Shown: one piece after another, positions 1 to 14,000 of the stretch
Layout: each line of letters begins with the position of its first letter
How positions within the stretch are numbered: position 1 is the stretch's first letter
Assembly (NCBI GenBank): GCA_973895155.1
Contig: OZ316895.1
Coordinates: 1,502,412-1,566,411, forward strand
DNA: 64,000 bases
Direction of reading: 5' to 3'
DNA from: Marsupella aquatica
Lineage: Eukaryota > Plantae > Marchantiophyta
Notes under the pieces: model-generated
What the model was told of the DNA's origin: nothing
Seen by the model: the letters and a program-made list of their open reading frames with translations, nothing else
The model's database searches: none
Translations under genes and position numbers: made by a program

Positions 1-1516
1 AAGAGGGATGGTTCCAGCCGGGCATCTTTAACTATTTTAGCATCAACGCGCACACGATTGAGTCGGGGCAGGAGGGATTTGATTTAAGAGAGCTCGCGGA
101 CAAGAAGTGGGTTGCCTATTTGGACTACAAAGACGAGAAAGCAGAGGATCGCTTCGACTATCCGCACGAGGGTGGGACTTGGTGATGGAAGTTTTCTGCT
201 GTCTCGAAGGACCTGCCGACGACTCCGGGCAACCGAGAAGATAGGGGACCATCATGAAGTAGCTCGTTCTACTCCACGGTAGTATTTCAACCTTAGTTCT
301 AAACCCAGTTGCCTCAAAACTGTATTGGCAAAATTTCTTTTGCTAGGGAATAAAGAATAAAATTGCTTCTCGTCGTTATGGTGCCCGAAACATGGCATTG
401 TCCCTTGATTGCTTGAAAAAGTGTTTTTGGTACACGATGTAATCCGTTAATTTCACAGGGGTTGGTCCATTATCGATATGGAAATCAATGCGCTCACATT
501 GCATATATCTGGTTTCTTCATTGATTGTGTGCATCATCAGGTGCCGTGTCATATGACAATGTTCTCCACGTCTCCTCCCATTACTTCACCAATTCCCAAA
601 GTTCCACCAGCACGAAGCTTAGCTATGTTCCGTTTAGGCCCCTGTTTCCCATCTCATCACTCGACTGGCGATCAATCTCTGGTTACTATGAAGGAGCTTG
701 TGGAGTTTTTGGAGCCCAATCACCTGTGTAATCCGTGCTTGTTGACACCCAGTCTTTGGACATTTTCTCTTTGTACTCGTGGTTGAAGTTTTGTTAAATT
801 CCTGTCACATTGGGTGTCGTGACTAAGAGTCATCCTCAGGCTGGGTATTCTGGCGCACAAGCTCGCCAGCGCAAGGGCGATTCTAAGTGACACCCTCTTG
901 ACAGGGGTTTATCGAACTCAAAAACTTGGTTTCATATTTCCTGGTACAATTGATAGATGCAGTGCAGCTGCAATAACAGAATAGCGCAAATCTCGGTGCC
1001 CAAAAAGGAGGCCCAAGAGTCCAGGACACTGATGCCTTGCTTGGATACGTAGTAGTCCTCAGCAAACCACCCAAAGGATTCTATCAGAGCCGACTCTGTA
1101 CTGAGGTGTTTCATTACATGTGATGAGGACCAAATTGTTTCTTACGAGTTACGACCAAGGCATCTTGAGACTGAAGTCCCCACTCTTTTCGTTGCAAAGC
1201 TTCACAGTCGAGTGGACTCCTTTTGCACTCCCAGTTTCTTACCATAGCTACACTTTGATTCAATAGACGTCGTTTGGCCTGCTCAGACTGCTGAGCAAGG
1301 TTTCCCTCCCAGCTGGCAATCCTATCTGAAGCTAAACTATATAATCGCTATCGAAACAAAGTCTTCAGGTTATAAACGAGATCAAAAGTATTCTGGGGAC
1401 ACTATCATAAAGACTGTCTTAAGACCTGTAACAGATATTGAAAGGAAAACAAGTCACGCTTAAACCAGCACTAGCCATGACAAAATCTGATTTCACCATA
1501 CATAGTATAATTTTTT

Positions 1517-1735
1517 GAATTTGTGGATCCATATGGAAGGAATTTGTGGTGCAATATGTACCATAAATAGTATCCTTTCCTGAATTTGACAAAACCTGAT
1601 TTTACCTTAAATAATATACTTCCTTGAATTTGTGGAGCCATATGGAAGGAATTTGTGGTGCAATATGTACCATAAATAATATCCATTCCTGAATTTGTGG
1701 AGCGATATGGAACTAATTTGTGGAGCAATATATAA
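1517..1735. repeat. Degenerate tandem repeat, 3 copies
   Basis: Core GAATTTGTGGA(T/G)C(C/G)ATATGGAA..AATTTGTGG(T/A)GCAATAT recurs near 1517, 1625 and 1691. Confidence 0.8.
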
Positions 1736-1751
1736 GGGGAGAGGAAAAGAA

Positions 1752-1956
1752 TGAGAAAGAAAGTGAAAAAAGAGGAAGTCTTGGACACTTCCCTCTCTTA
1801 TATGGCTAGTGGTGGATTAAGAGATATAAGGGTGAATTTTTTTGGGAAACTTGAGAAAGAAAGTGAAAAAAAGAGGAAGTCTTGGACACTTCCCTCTCTT
1901 ATATGGCTAGTGGTGGATTAAGAGATATAAGGGTGAATTTTTTTGGGAAACTTGAG
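1752..1956. repeat. Near-perfect ~100-bp direct tandem duplication
   Basis: TGAGAAAGAAAGTGAAAAAAGAGGAAGTCTTGGACACTTCCCTCTCTTATATGG...GGGAAACTTGAGA occurs twice back to back. A short inverted related copy (TATAAGAGGGAAGTGTCCA) lies near 15245. Confidence 0.9.
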
Positions 1957-3971
1957 ATTGTGTCAGTCCACTATCTGCCCCCCATCGCAAATTGGGTCGT
2001 CAAGACAGGCCCGACAATTGCCCATGGATGCCTGATGGCTCTCCAAAGCCCACCACCCTGTCATGCCAACACCCGATGACTCCCATGAACCGGTTATTTT
2101 CCCAAGACAAACATTGATAGTTTACATTTCAACTCTCTAATTAAGAAGCTGTGATTTCTTTTGGATGTCAGTGGGAGTGTGGTTGTAGGGCCTACAAGGC
2201 CTCAACGCCCCAGTTTGTGATGGGGGACAGTGAGAGGCCCGATAAAAGGCCCTTCTGACCAGGGTAACATGAAGTCAATAGTGCCTTGTCATGTGTCGTC
2301 AGACCAATGAGGGCCAACCTTGGGTTACCTCTTGAGGTTAGCAAAACCACATAAACTACATGCACTTGACAATCAATTTCGTTTTGGACAGTACTTAGTA
2401 AATCCGGTCAGTTTGGGAGACAGGTTAGTAAAAAGCTGTTCTTATACATGATGCTAATTAGAAAGAACATTCATGATATATGCACACACCATCATGTGTT
2501 TTATATACATAGAACTTGTGTATGGAAGACATGCATACTCTAAATTTACTAGTGCATGTTGGACTACCGTGCATCCATCATTTTTTATTTCTGGTTGCAA
2601 AATGTGTTATCGTGGCTCATTTAGAAACAGCTGACTGGAATTCGCTTTGCCAAACCAGGAATGAAGTTGGTGGTGAAGGGTAATTTGGTTGTGAGAATTT
2701 CTGGCACATATGCTGCCCATTTATTGAAAAGTCTACCTGCAGGCAATAGTAAGTGTGTACTAAGGGGCACTTTACAAATCAAAACAGGTGCTCACTTGTG
2801 GTACCATTTTCCCATAGCATGCAATCCACAAGAGTGACACCCAAACCAAAGCACCAGAAAGAAATCCTGGAACAGGGTCACCATAGATATGCGCTAAGAT
2901 GGGGCTCATCATAACTGTAAATTGAGGGTAGGGAAGGCTTGCGCCAGTAGTATCTTGACTGATATATCTTTTGACTATGGATCATAGGCTAGCCTATAGG
3001 TAATGCACAAGGAGATTCTTCAGAACCCAATGGTGCCCCCCAAGACCTCTGCAAATAGTTAGTAGTCTTTCAGGGTACCTACTGGCTTGTCCTGTAGATA
3101 AATCAAAAAGGTTCAATCTTGTTGCAGACCCAAGGAATGGGCCGCCGGTAGAACCTATTCGCTGGCCAGTCTTGCGGAGTGTGTAACTCCCCCTAAAGTA
3201 CTTCAATGTTGTGTTTAGCTGGCTCCCTGTTGAGGCCTCTCTTCTATCTTGGTGCTGGCTCCACTGGCCTCTGGCACTTCCACGTTGGGCACCCCTGGTG
3301 TTATCCCCCCTTTTTGTGGGCCACCCTGTTGTATGTTGTCTTTCTGAATGGTTTTTTGGGGGGGGTGGGGGTGGAGGGCCAGGGGGGGCTTGGAGGCAAA
3401 AGCAGAGCCATCCAACATAGGATATAGATTCTACTTTGGACCACGCCTCACTGTAAGGTAGTCCACAAGAGGGGAAAATATCCAGGGATCTGAACCAGGA
3501 AAGAGAAAGGGTTAGACAAGGGTGAAGTGGCAAGCAAGAGGCCAAGGAGGAACCAGGACACCTACACCCACATTTACCCTCCACAAAGGGGTGTGGAAGG
3601 GGGATTGAACTTTTTGAATGGGTTTAAATTGGATGTTTCAAGGGCAAAAGAGAGAAAAGTGGACATAATTGGCACACAATCCCAAACAATTTATGCACAT
3701 AAATAGACATAATTCCTGTCAGGAAGAAAGATTATTGGTGTGTAACCCCTTGGGCCCTCAGCAAAACTAATATAGGGAGTACTTGTGGACAATGCAAAGG
3801 TATTTTTAATGCAATGCAAACTAATTTTTATAATAGTTTTTGGAGTAGTCAACATCCCTGTATATACATTCGGCACAATATTAGCAAGCGTGAGAGCCCA
3901 GGGATGTATCCTTTTCTACTAAATTCTACCATTTCCATAACCCTGTGTCCAAAAAGTATTACCCTGTAATT

Positions 3972-4371
3972 TTGTTTCCAAACAAATATTACCTATTATA
4001 ATGACTGTTTGGGTTTGGGTTATAATTTGAAACCTGTTTCCACAAAGTTAAACAAATATTATCTATTATAATGACTGTTTGGGCTTGGGTTATAATTTGA
4101 AACCTGTTTCCACAAAGTTTAGAAAAACTTCCAGGCAGCAGGGTTCTAGTCTGAAACCTAGTCTGAAACCTAATCTGAAACCTGGTTCCACAAAGCTTAG
4201 AAAAACATCCAGGCTGCCGCCAATCAGCATTTAACAAAGCTTAGAAAAACTTGAAGCTTAGAAAAGCTTCCAGGCGGCAGGGTTCTAGTCTCAAACCTAG
4301 TCTGAAACCTAATCTGGCACCTGGTTCCACAAAGCTTAAAAAACCTTCCAGGCTGCCGCCAATCAGCATTT
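3972..4371. repeat. Composite tandem repeat upstream of the GH63 gene
   Basis: Two copies of AAACAAATATTA.CTATTATAATGACTGTTTGGG.TTGGGTTATAATTTGAAACCTGTTTCCACAAAG are followed by two copies of TTCCAGGC.GCAGGGTTCTAGTCT.AAACCTAGTCTGAAACCTAATCTG..ACCTGGTTCCACAAAGCTTA...GCTGCCGCCAATCAGCATTT. Confidence 0.85.
4219..4366 (+). promoter_or_regulatory. Duplicated CCAAT (NF-Y-type) boxes
   Basis: GCCAATCAG occurs at 4219-4227 and 4358-4366, upstream of a strong donor (G|GTAAGT at 4531). That donor probably ends a 5'UTR exon of the GH63 gene, with a candidate acceptor TTCAG ending at 4933. Confidence 0.4.
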
Positions 4372-5010
4372 CCTCACTTCCTTGTCTGTCACGGGAGCAT
4401 TTCCTCACTTTCTGGTCTCTCATAGGGTCAGAGGGTCAGAGGCTAGTAACCCGGACCAAACCGTCATTACCCGTATACGTAAACAAAAGAAACAGAAATC
4501 AACGTGAACTCTGCCTTCCTGGAGACTACGGTAAGTGATATCAGAATGCTCTCTGACGGACATGAACAACGTCGATACTTTAGAGAGTACTAATCCTTCC
4601 CAGAACGAGATAGAACAGTGAAGATGCTGCACCGAGATGTACAAGTAGAGTCGGGAAATGGGACATCAGCTCTACTTTCTTGGAGTAAATGACGTGCAAA
4701 AACGATTCTTCAAGAAAACTCGTGCAGCACAGTTGCTCAGTCCGTTTGACATGGACTGTTGCAGCCAAATCGGCTGACAGCCCCACGCGCTATGCATGCC
4801 CAACAAGCTTTTCGCCCCAGGTATGACGCGATCTAATCGTACCCATTGGAAAAACGCCCCATCTTGTAGCCTTGGATCCCACTGTGAACGGCAAAGATCA
4901 CACGATTCCACGAATCTATCCTTCCCTGTTCAGATGGGGTAACGTCACATTGTCTGGAACGAGAGTGGCAGTAGCACGTCTCCTGTTGCGTCTGCGGGAC
5001 GGTCTCTGTG

Positions 5011-8000
5011 ATGATTCTGGTGAATGGGATTGGCTCCAGTCGCCGTGGCAGAGGAAGTAGTAGTTCATCCATGTCACCATCCGTGGAAGAAACTGGTCCT
5101 TATCGTGAGATGGTACTTTACGATACACCTCCTTATCTCCTAGCTGGCTGGGGAATTTGGGATGGAGTCTCTCAATTAACATGTAGCTGTCGGGCGTTTC
5201 AAATGTCGGTAGATTTGGACCAGCATGGCTCCTCTGTGCTCTTCTCCTGATGTTATAATGCAGCAAGTGCTCTCGCTCAGTTGCTACCACCACCTTCTCC
5301 CACAAAACCTGCTGCTCCAGAGAAGAAGAATTGGAACCGTGGGGTGCGAGATCTGAGAGCTGGCATGGGGGAAGATCTGATGATGTGGAATTCTCCTCTG
5401 ATCACGAGGGAACAGAGGAGGCAGGAGCTTGGGGTGCAACCTGAAAGCCAGGAGAGGGAAGGCCTGAAACTCCAGTTGTATGGAGCCGTGTTGGGTTTGC
5501 TCTTTGTTGTGGTGGTGATCACTAGTGGAGCTGTAGCTATGAGTGGTTCCGTGAGAGGAGTGGCACGAGTGGCGACCTCCGGAGCTGCAGAAGCGACAGG
5601 GGATGAGGGGAGACCAATTATGGCAGAGGGTGTAGGATTGGCATTATGGAGCGACTTTCCTGACGAGACAGCTCAAGCGGTGTCAACGAACGATGAGTGT
5701 ACCCATCCGTCGGCAATTACTCCTCTCCCCGTCCCCAAAGTCAGCGAATTGAAACAGGTGAGTGATCTGTGGGCACCTTGTTTTATTACGTTCTGCTTTC
5801 TCTATCGCTCAGAAAAACACTCAATAATTGGCAGATAGACATTCCTTACTGAGTAGTCTAAATTGTCACATCATTCATTGAGAAGGGATCTGAAGCAAAT
5901 AATTCAGCGACATTTCGGACAATTTCAATCAAAAATCTTGGTGAAACAAATTGCTGATTGGTTTTTAAGGTCAAGCCTCGTTTTTGGATGTTTTGGCGCC
6001 ACAACCCTCGGTTGAGTTTGGGTACTTTGTGGGTCTTGACCTCCTATTTCCGATTATCAATTCTGTGGAACCTTTCCGTTCTCCAGCCGCATGTGTTCAC
6101 GAATTGATCTCAAAACCCACTGGCTGCTCGAGCAAGAATTGTGCATTGAAGTATCAAATTCAAATTTGAGAGGCAAAGATCCTTCTCAGACTATCAACCA
6201 CTGACACATGAACTGGGATAGTGGTCCTTTCGGACTTGTGTGGGGAAAAGTAATCATAACGTTCAAGCAAACCACATTCGATCATGGCTCTGGCTGTCAA
6301 TCCTCATCATCGTTTTAAACTCTGGGTCTGATTTGTTTCCTTAAACTGTAAGAATAGCTAAGATCGTTTCCTTTAGAACAATGCTAAACTTGCAGCACTG
6401 AAGAAAAGCATGACATAACACTATCTGTTGCTTGCGACCAATCACTGTAATTGACAAGACGATGTTGCTTCGGGTTATGTGGCCTTTCAGTTCCAAGGAG
6501 AACATCGCGAACGCTTGTATTGGGGAACTTATCGGTCATGGGCGTACTTGGGGATTCGCGCTAGGTAAGACTTGGAAGCAGTTAGAGCCAATTGTTTTCC
6601 CGAAATTTGAACAAAAGCATCTCTTTAGTCATTCCTGATAGAATTTTTCCTAGTTTTACAGCTGAAGTATATCTGAAATGTACCGAAATTTCTGTATATA
6701 TTCTATCCTGCTGCAAAATTTGGATATGCTGTATCTCCTGTACTCCCAGGCAAAATGTCACTTGGTTTGATTGTGAGCAGGGCCAAAGAATCATTACTGG
6801 CAGGGCTTATGTGGGCTGGTGTCGACTACAATGGACAATATCTAGGACTCCGTCACTATTGTGAGGATAGTGATAATCTATCGAGATGGAATTGGTTGAG
6901 ACATGATGGGTCAACATATGGACGGCAGGTGCACAACAGATCCCTCTAAAGCGCCAGTAATTCGATACCGAATGCCGTCTCTGATCTGGATCTGGATGGA
7001 ACAGCGTCAGTCATTCGATACCGAATGCCATCTCTGATCTGGATCTGGATGGAACATCCTTGCAGGTGCTAGTCGATCACGGCCTAGTGGTTACAACGTA
7101 CTTTTTGAAGACCTCCGAACAAGGTTCTGGCTATGGTGGGGACTGGGTAGTTCGGGTGAAAGTCGAAGAAGAGAAGAAAACATTCAAGAAGATTGAGTAT
7201 GTCCTAGTGACATTCTTTCATCCACGGGTGTCATAAATCCATTGATTGGAGGGTTTTGCAGTGTTTGATAGATAGTTGATTGATGCACTTCCGAATCTCT
7301 AGGTGGTGAACGGTGACTTGTCTGTCAGCACCCAGCATCCGAGGTTTGGAACTCTGAATTCCTATCTTATCCCCAGGAAGGAGGGCAGGACACAATCGGT
7401 ATTCTTTTATATTGCTGACGAGGCTGGGGGACGAATAAGCCTTTTGCCCGACACGAATAACGCTGTTGAAGACAAGCCGTTTGCTGGCGGTCATGCAGAT
7501 GAGATTGGGTCTTGGGAGCTGCACGCCAAATACACGGTATTTCCTGTGTCTTGTCTTGGGGACACAGGACAGCCCAGAAACTTTGCTTAAAATGTGCATG
7601 TGTAGGGAGTTAAGGAAAATCACAGAGCACACAAGGAACGAGAGAAAATAAAATTATGGGGTCGAAAATGTGTGGCTGGACATGTGCATAATGATTGCAG
7701 CTGGTATTTTATCCAAGTAGGAATCGAATTGGAATTCTGCTTTGAACCTGATGGGTTCGTATGTTTTTGATTTTCAGGTGAAAAGTCGTGTGTTTAGACG
7801 ATTTGGATGCTTGAATGTGGAGTGAAAAGTGGTAACCTTGGTTTTTTCTGGTTGTAGGAAGGAGTTGCTGTGAACTATTCTGGTCTGCGCCAGCTTTATA
7901 TGCCCAATCTAACGCAAAGCGTGCAAGATATTTTAGACGAACAGGTTGGAATTCCATCTGAAAAGTGCGGCCTTCGGTTGAAAAGTTCTTTCCCTTCTAG

Positions 8001-11000
8001 GTCACTGGGTATCATGTGTTTTAACCATTTTGTCATGGAGCGATTACAGTGCTAACTTCCGACACAGTAGATTCTTATGTGGTGCTCCGGTTTTAGTTTT
8101 TTCTGCCGTTTATAATATCTTTGTTGATGTGAAACTGCCTACGTAACCTTGTGTGTTCATATGGATGATTTGCTTCCTTTCGTTTCAGAAAATTGCAACG
8201 GGGAGGTTTCAACTAGCTGGATCTTCTGTAGTAGATCCAAATGTGGCTCTCATCCAGGTACTGACGAGTCCTGAGATCGTGGGTTATCATCATATGTGCA
8301 ACTCATGAATTGAAATCACCAGGTTTAGTGAATCCGAAGCTCTCTCTGCAATCTCAACTAAGTGGTCTATAAGCCAACCAACCTGAATAAGATTGTGAAA
8401 GGAGGCAAAACGATGCATACATTTGTCGTTAGACCGTCAACTTTTAGGGAAATTTCCTGAAAAATTGGAACATCCTAATAATATTTTATTTTCCCTGCGT
8501 GAACCTGTACGAGAGGGGGACCCATTAGGGCCATCAGAAGAACAGAGATGTTACAGACAGGGGGAGTGAATATCCTGATTATAGTATCGTATTTTCCCAA
8601 GTTTAAGAAATGTAGGGCCTACTGTCGCTGGACTCTAGACAGTCAAGAAATCTCATTTTGTGAACATTTATTCCAGGGTAAATTCTTGTTATCCCCTGGG
8701 AGTGTATGTTTGGTTTCCAATGAAGAACTCCGTGTTTCAGTTGACAGGTAATTTGCCTTTCGAGGTGGACATGATCTTTGTCTCAGGCGTTGCGAAATTA
8801 CCACACAGGATTCAACAGCTAACCGGTGAGTAAGTTGTGCCTTGTCAGGGTTCATTGGCCTCCGATTTGCGTGTTTAATTCCTGACTTCTTTGAAACTGC
8901 GTAGTTGGATTTGACATATACTCAGTTAAAAATGGGTCACAGGTTCTTTGCTGGTTAAGAGGTTTATGACCCAGGAGAACGCATTTGAAGAGCGTTTTAA
9001 CCAAACGTTTAATCTTCAAGGGAAGGTATGAGAATAAATCGGGCCTTCATTGGATGTGAACTACCTAATGAGGAGTTATGGATGGTTATGAATTTGTAGA
9101 AGTCTGTGGTGTGGACTAGAATTTGATGTGATTTAAATTTGTATAGATTGAAGGCTGGAATTGTTACTACTGCTGTCTGACGGGAAAATAAATGAAAACG
9201 ATAGCATGTTTTTGTGATTACGCAGGCCATGGTTTTTTGCTAACGTTCCCCGTTTGTTTTTTTACATTCTCACAGGTTGATAGCGAGGAGGAACTTGAGA
9301 CTGCTAAAGTTGCACTCAGCAATATGATTGGTGGTATTGGCTATTTCTATGGGCAAAGTCGTATTCAAAAGCCTCCTGAATGTCAAGTAAGTCTCCTTCT
9401 CCTTTTCGTGGTATTGAAGTGACTAAATTTCTTGACTGTCTTTCTACAAATTCACATTTCCCTAATCTTGATCTTTTCGCTTGTCTTATTGTTACTTGTC
9501 CTTGATATTGTCGTCAAAATGATGAAGCTGGTGAATTGCATATCGTTTGACTCAGAACCCGAATTCGAGCGTAGATTATTGGCTTTATTGGAATGCTAGC
9601 CTTTATACTGCTGTCCCAGGCAGGTCTACTTACCCCAGAGGGTTTCTTTGGGACGAGGGCTTTCACCAACTTCTAATCAGGTATGAGATTTTTCTTTTCT
9701 ATAATCATGAAAATGTTCAAAGAACAAACAATGATGTCGTAGTTCTATTACGGACTCCTGTCGAGCTGTTGCCTATTTCAAGGTTAATTAATTCGTTTGT
9801 GGCTAATTCTGGAATGGCAGCCATTGGGACCGGAATATTAGTTTTGAAATCATTGCAAACTGGATGGATCTCATGAATGTAAATGGCTGGCTTCCCCGTG
9901 AACAGATCTTAGGTGAAGAAGCTTTAAGGTATGTTTCCTATAACCAATTTGATCTGATTCTTGGTGAAGGTTTTTGCATGGCTGTTATGTGATCAGATTG
10001 CTACACTCATCACTCTCATGAGCAAACTCTCATGATCAGATTGCTGCACTCTCATGAGCAAAACATGTAATGGCTCATAGAGAGTGATGAGTGCAGCAAT
10101 GCTGTTTAAAAGTTCAGATAATCACTACGATAGAAGTGGTCCCTTACAAGGATGACCACACTCATTTAACCAGGAAGCATAGTCAGTGAGGAAATAGGCG
10201 AACAGAAAATTGAAAGATGACAAATTTGACTCCAAATCGGATGAAACGAATACTAGCCCCTTTGGCTAGTATTGAATCTATCCCGATTTCTGTTCTCACC
10301 TCTCAGCATCTTCGGAGGAGCCTCAGGCCTCCTCAGAGAAGAATTGCTTCTTTAGGAGCTCTCTTGCCCTCCTTGAGTACTCGTCCCAGATGCCGACAGC
10401 GTGCAATTGAGCCCCTTCAAGCAAACCCACATCTCACAATCCTCTTTGCAGTGGAACTCATTCATGGTGGGGCAAGGTCAGATTACCAGGCTTGCTTTCA
10501 CTCGCTACATTGTCTTGGCGGTGCAAGATTGGGTGACCTGTTCCAACTGAGCACTACTAGTAGGGCTCTTAGCTGAGATTAGTGTCTGGCCGAACAAGAT
10601 AAGTTGTCTCAAAATCGATTTTAGCTGCGACTTCCGGATAAGCCACCCACACTACCATTTTCAGGGAAAAATCCAGATCAAATCAGCATCTAACCTGCCC
10701 AAGTAAATCTACCTTAGTTGTAAATGATTGCAGCCCCTAAGTAAGTTCAATCCACAACTATGGTACACAAGATAAGTACCTGTAGAGCTACATCTTTTGG
10801 ATCGAAAGTCTCCGTGTAAATCATATTGCGGATGTTTTGAAAGTTTGACTAGTGATTGGGATGTTTCTAAACTCTCAGAAAGTGCAATATTGTAGTCCTT
10901 TGGAACTGTGTTGATCACGGCAAAACGCAGTCCATTCAACTGACTTTCTACTGCAAAGAAAGTTGAAATGACAGTTTTAGGTTGGTCACGTTTGTCTAAG

Positions 11001-14000
11001 AGTCTTACGATGTTCATTCTAACGAAGAGTGCGTCTATTTCGTGTGCACAGCAAGGTCCCTGCAGACTTTGTCAATCAGATAACGGACAATGCAAATCCT
11101 CCTGCTCTGTTACTGGTTTTGCGAGGTTAATACCTTCACAGCGGTCTTCAACTTTCTGCCCTGTTTTTACACTCTGCGCAAAATATGACATCTTCATTAC
11201 GCGTGTTTAGGTTCTTAGGCTCTTAGGTTCTTAGTGGGATTTCATAAATAATTGTTTTGCAATGCAACTTAATTGCTATTGTGAATGTCCAGTTTTGGAC
11301 AATTTATCTATTGTCGCCCAACTGTTTGAATTGTTTTGAATACGTGCAGAACTGGCCGCGAAGTTTGAATTGGACCAACGTAATGGAAAAGTTTCAGAAC
11401 CAGATGTCGAGTTTTTCCGGACCTTGTATCCTAGACTTAAAGTGTGGTTCAACTGGTTCAACACTACCCAAAATGGTTAGTAGTTTTAGAGAGACAAGAT
11501 GATTTTTCTTGATGGCAGTTGAGGGTGTCAGAGTGCGAGGGGCTGGGTTGTTTAATTTTCTGGGTTACTCAATAGAATTCAGACAAACATCAGCATGCCA
11601 AATAATACTGACTTGTTATAATGTTGAATGCAGGGAAGGAGCCAGATTCGTACTACTGGCGAGGGAGAGTGGATACTGACGAGAAACTTAATCCTCCGGT
11701 GTGTTTCTCACAGCAGCCATGTGCCATTTGTGCTCATCAGAGTGTTTTGAGAGTGGACCTTTGGGGATGCTCCTGGGCTGGTTTGTAGTTTTACACATAT
11801 CTTGAAAGTATGGGGACATTGATGGACTTCTGATGGAGGTGCAGAGCTCTGCGTAGTCTAATGCACGTACAGAAGAATAATCTCGTAACAATAGATTGAA
11901 TTTGTCTTAGTCTTTGACCTCAGGCATGGACGACTATCCACGGGCTTCTCACCCAAGTGACGATGAGCGTCATGTTGATCTCCGCTGCTGGATCGCAAAC
12001 GCCTCGGACACTATGGCTTCACTTGCCCGAGTGGCTGGAGTCCCACATGAAGTAAGAATCGTTTCTATCTTCTTGATGCAATATTCGGCGTTGGACTCAA
12101 ACTTTGAAGAATGTTCGGGAATGTAAAGGGAAACGCAGGTGGTGAGGAAACTGAAGTCGTTTTCAACAAACACGATTAAGTTAAAGTTTTGACTGTCGCT
12201 GGATGTTTTCGTTCATAGAGTAGGTACACGTGCATCTTCCTTTTACTTCGCTGATCAAGTTAGCTTGATATGGGTTTTGGGTGTCCCAGGAATATAAGGA
12301 ATATGAAATCACAGCAAGGAAGCTCACGAATTTGACTCGGCTCAATGAAGTACGAATGACTCTCCCCGCACACTGCCAAAATGGGCATCGCTTGCTATTC
12401 TTCTGAATTTATTAGGTAGTGCAGTCTGATTGGGACAACTTATTGGAGTTGTATCAGTTTCCTCCTACAAAAATAGCTTATTCTCTTACGTGGATGGGTG
12501 TAGCTGCATTTGGACCACGATACTGGTCGTTACTATGACTATGGAAATCATTCTGAGAAGGTACGCCTACAATCAGAAGCTTCAACATCAGAGTGGTTTT
12601 GACAGTAGAAATTACAGTACTTCCTTAGAACATTGTGAACGTCTGTACCTCGTTTTTATCGGAAGTACTATATCGTGCACTAGTTAGTTCTTTCCCTCAA
12701 GGTTTCGCAGATTAACATGTTGCAATGTCTTTTGTTATATAACTGGAACTGAAGTTTGAAAATGGTAGACTTTTGTAAGATGGATATCTGAATGAATATT
12801 TGCCTTTTGGAGCTGACAGGTGGAATTGCGGACGACGATATCTCGGGATCCAATAACAGGTCTTATCACCATGGCTTCACACAGAGTTGTACTAGAGCCA
12901 CCAAAGCTGGGCTGGGTTCCTCAGTTTGGTTACAACAGCTTGTTCCCGTTTCTCATGCACATACTTCCTCCCGTAAGTATGTTGCTGTTGCTGCCGCTAT
13001 GTGTTTCGCACCATGAAACCGGAAACATTTTGGCTATTTAAGCATATTATATCGTCTTATTAGACGGGCACAGTTTCGATCTAGTTTGGAATATGGCTGG
13101 AAGGCTTCCTCATCAGTGATGAAATTTGGATTGGCAGGATTCCCCTATTCTTGGGGATCATTTGGATATGCTGGACGATCCAAATTTAATGTGGACAAAA
13201 TATGGACTTCGGTCTCTCGGAGGCACAAGGTATACTTGATTTGATACACATAGGGACGTGAGAAGAGAACTCGAACTGGTAGTCGTTCTAACTTCTTAGG
13301 CTGTGGGGACTGTTATCAGGTGATTTCAAAGTCAAACGAGAGTAGTTGGCATTCCTTCTCTAAACAGCTTAATGTTGGCCTGCTGCAGTTCTATATATAT
13401 GAAAAACAATTCTTACTTTGAGGCGCCATACTGGAGAGGACCAGTCTGGATAAATATAAATTATCTCCTTTTATCTTCTCTACATGACTATTCTCAAGGT
13501 ATTCGTCTGATCTGATTTTCCAATCAGGTGTTAACGATTATCAGGAAAGATTCTTTGTTTCTAAGTAAGTTGAGAAGAGGTGCGAGTTTTGTGTTGGAGT
13601 TGCACTCTTAGCCGCCACAGGATAACTCTAACTCCCACATCTCAGAGCTGAACTTTCCTTGACGCTGTACCTTCTTCCTTAGCTTCTGCACTTTCGTTTG
13701 CATGACACAGAGGCAGGTCCATACAATGAGAAGGCCACTAATTTGTACCAGAAGTTCCGAAAAAATGTGATCAGGTATTTGTGTCTTCCTGAATCCTTGA
13801 CGGCAATGGTATGCATCGTTGCATTGATAGGTCCCTGCCTGTTATGTGAGTTTAGGGGCATTAAGAGCTGAATCATTCAGAGCACCAACTTTGTTGCGTC
13901 GCACTTGTGAGATTTGTCCCAACAGAGACAGTCCACTGAACAGTTGTTGGAAGTTCGGATTTATTTATTGAAAGTAAGCAACTGGATTCAATGTTCTGAG

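Noticed and set aside
2994-3584. 196-aa minus-strand ORF
   Set aside because: GTG start and low-complexity G/C runs, with no domain motifs. Probably repeat-derived.
1517-4371. Short repeat arrays superficially like CRISPR
   Set aside because: They are contiguous tandem duplications without unique spacers, in eukaryotic context with no cas genes.
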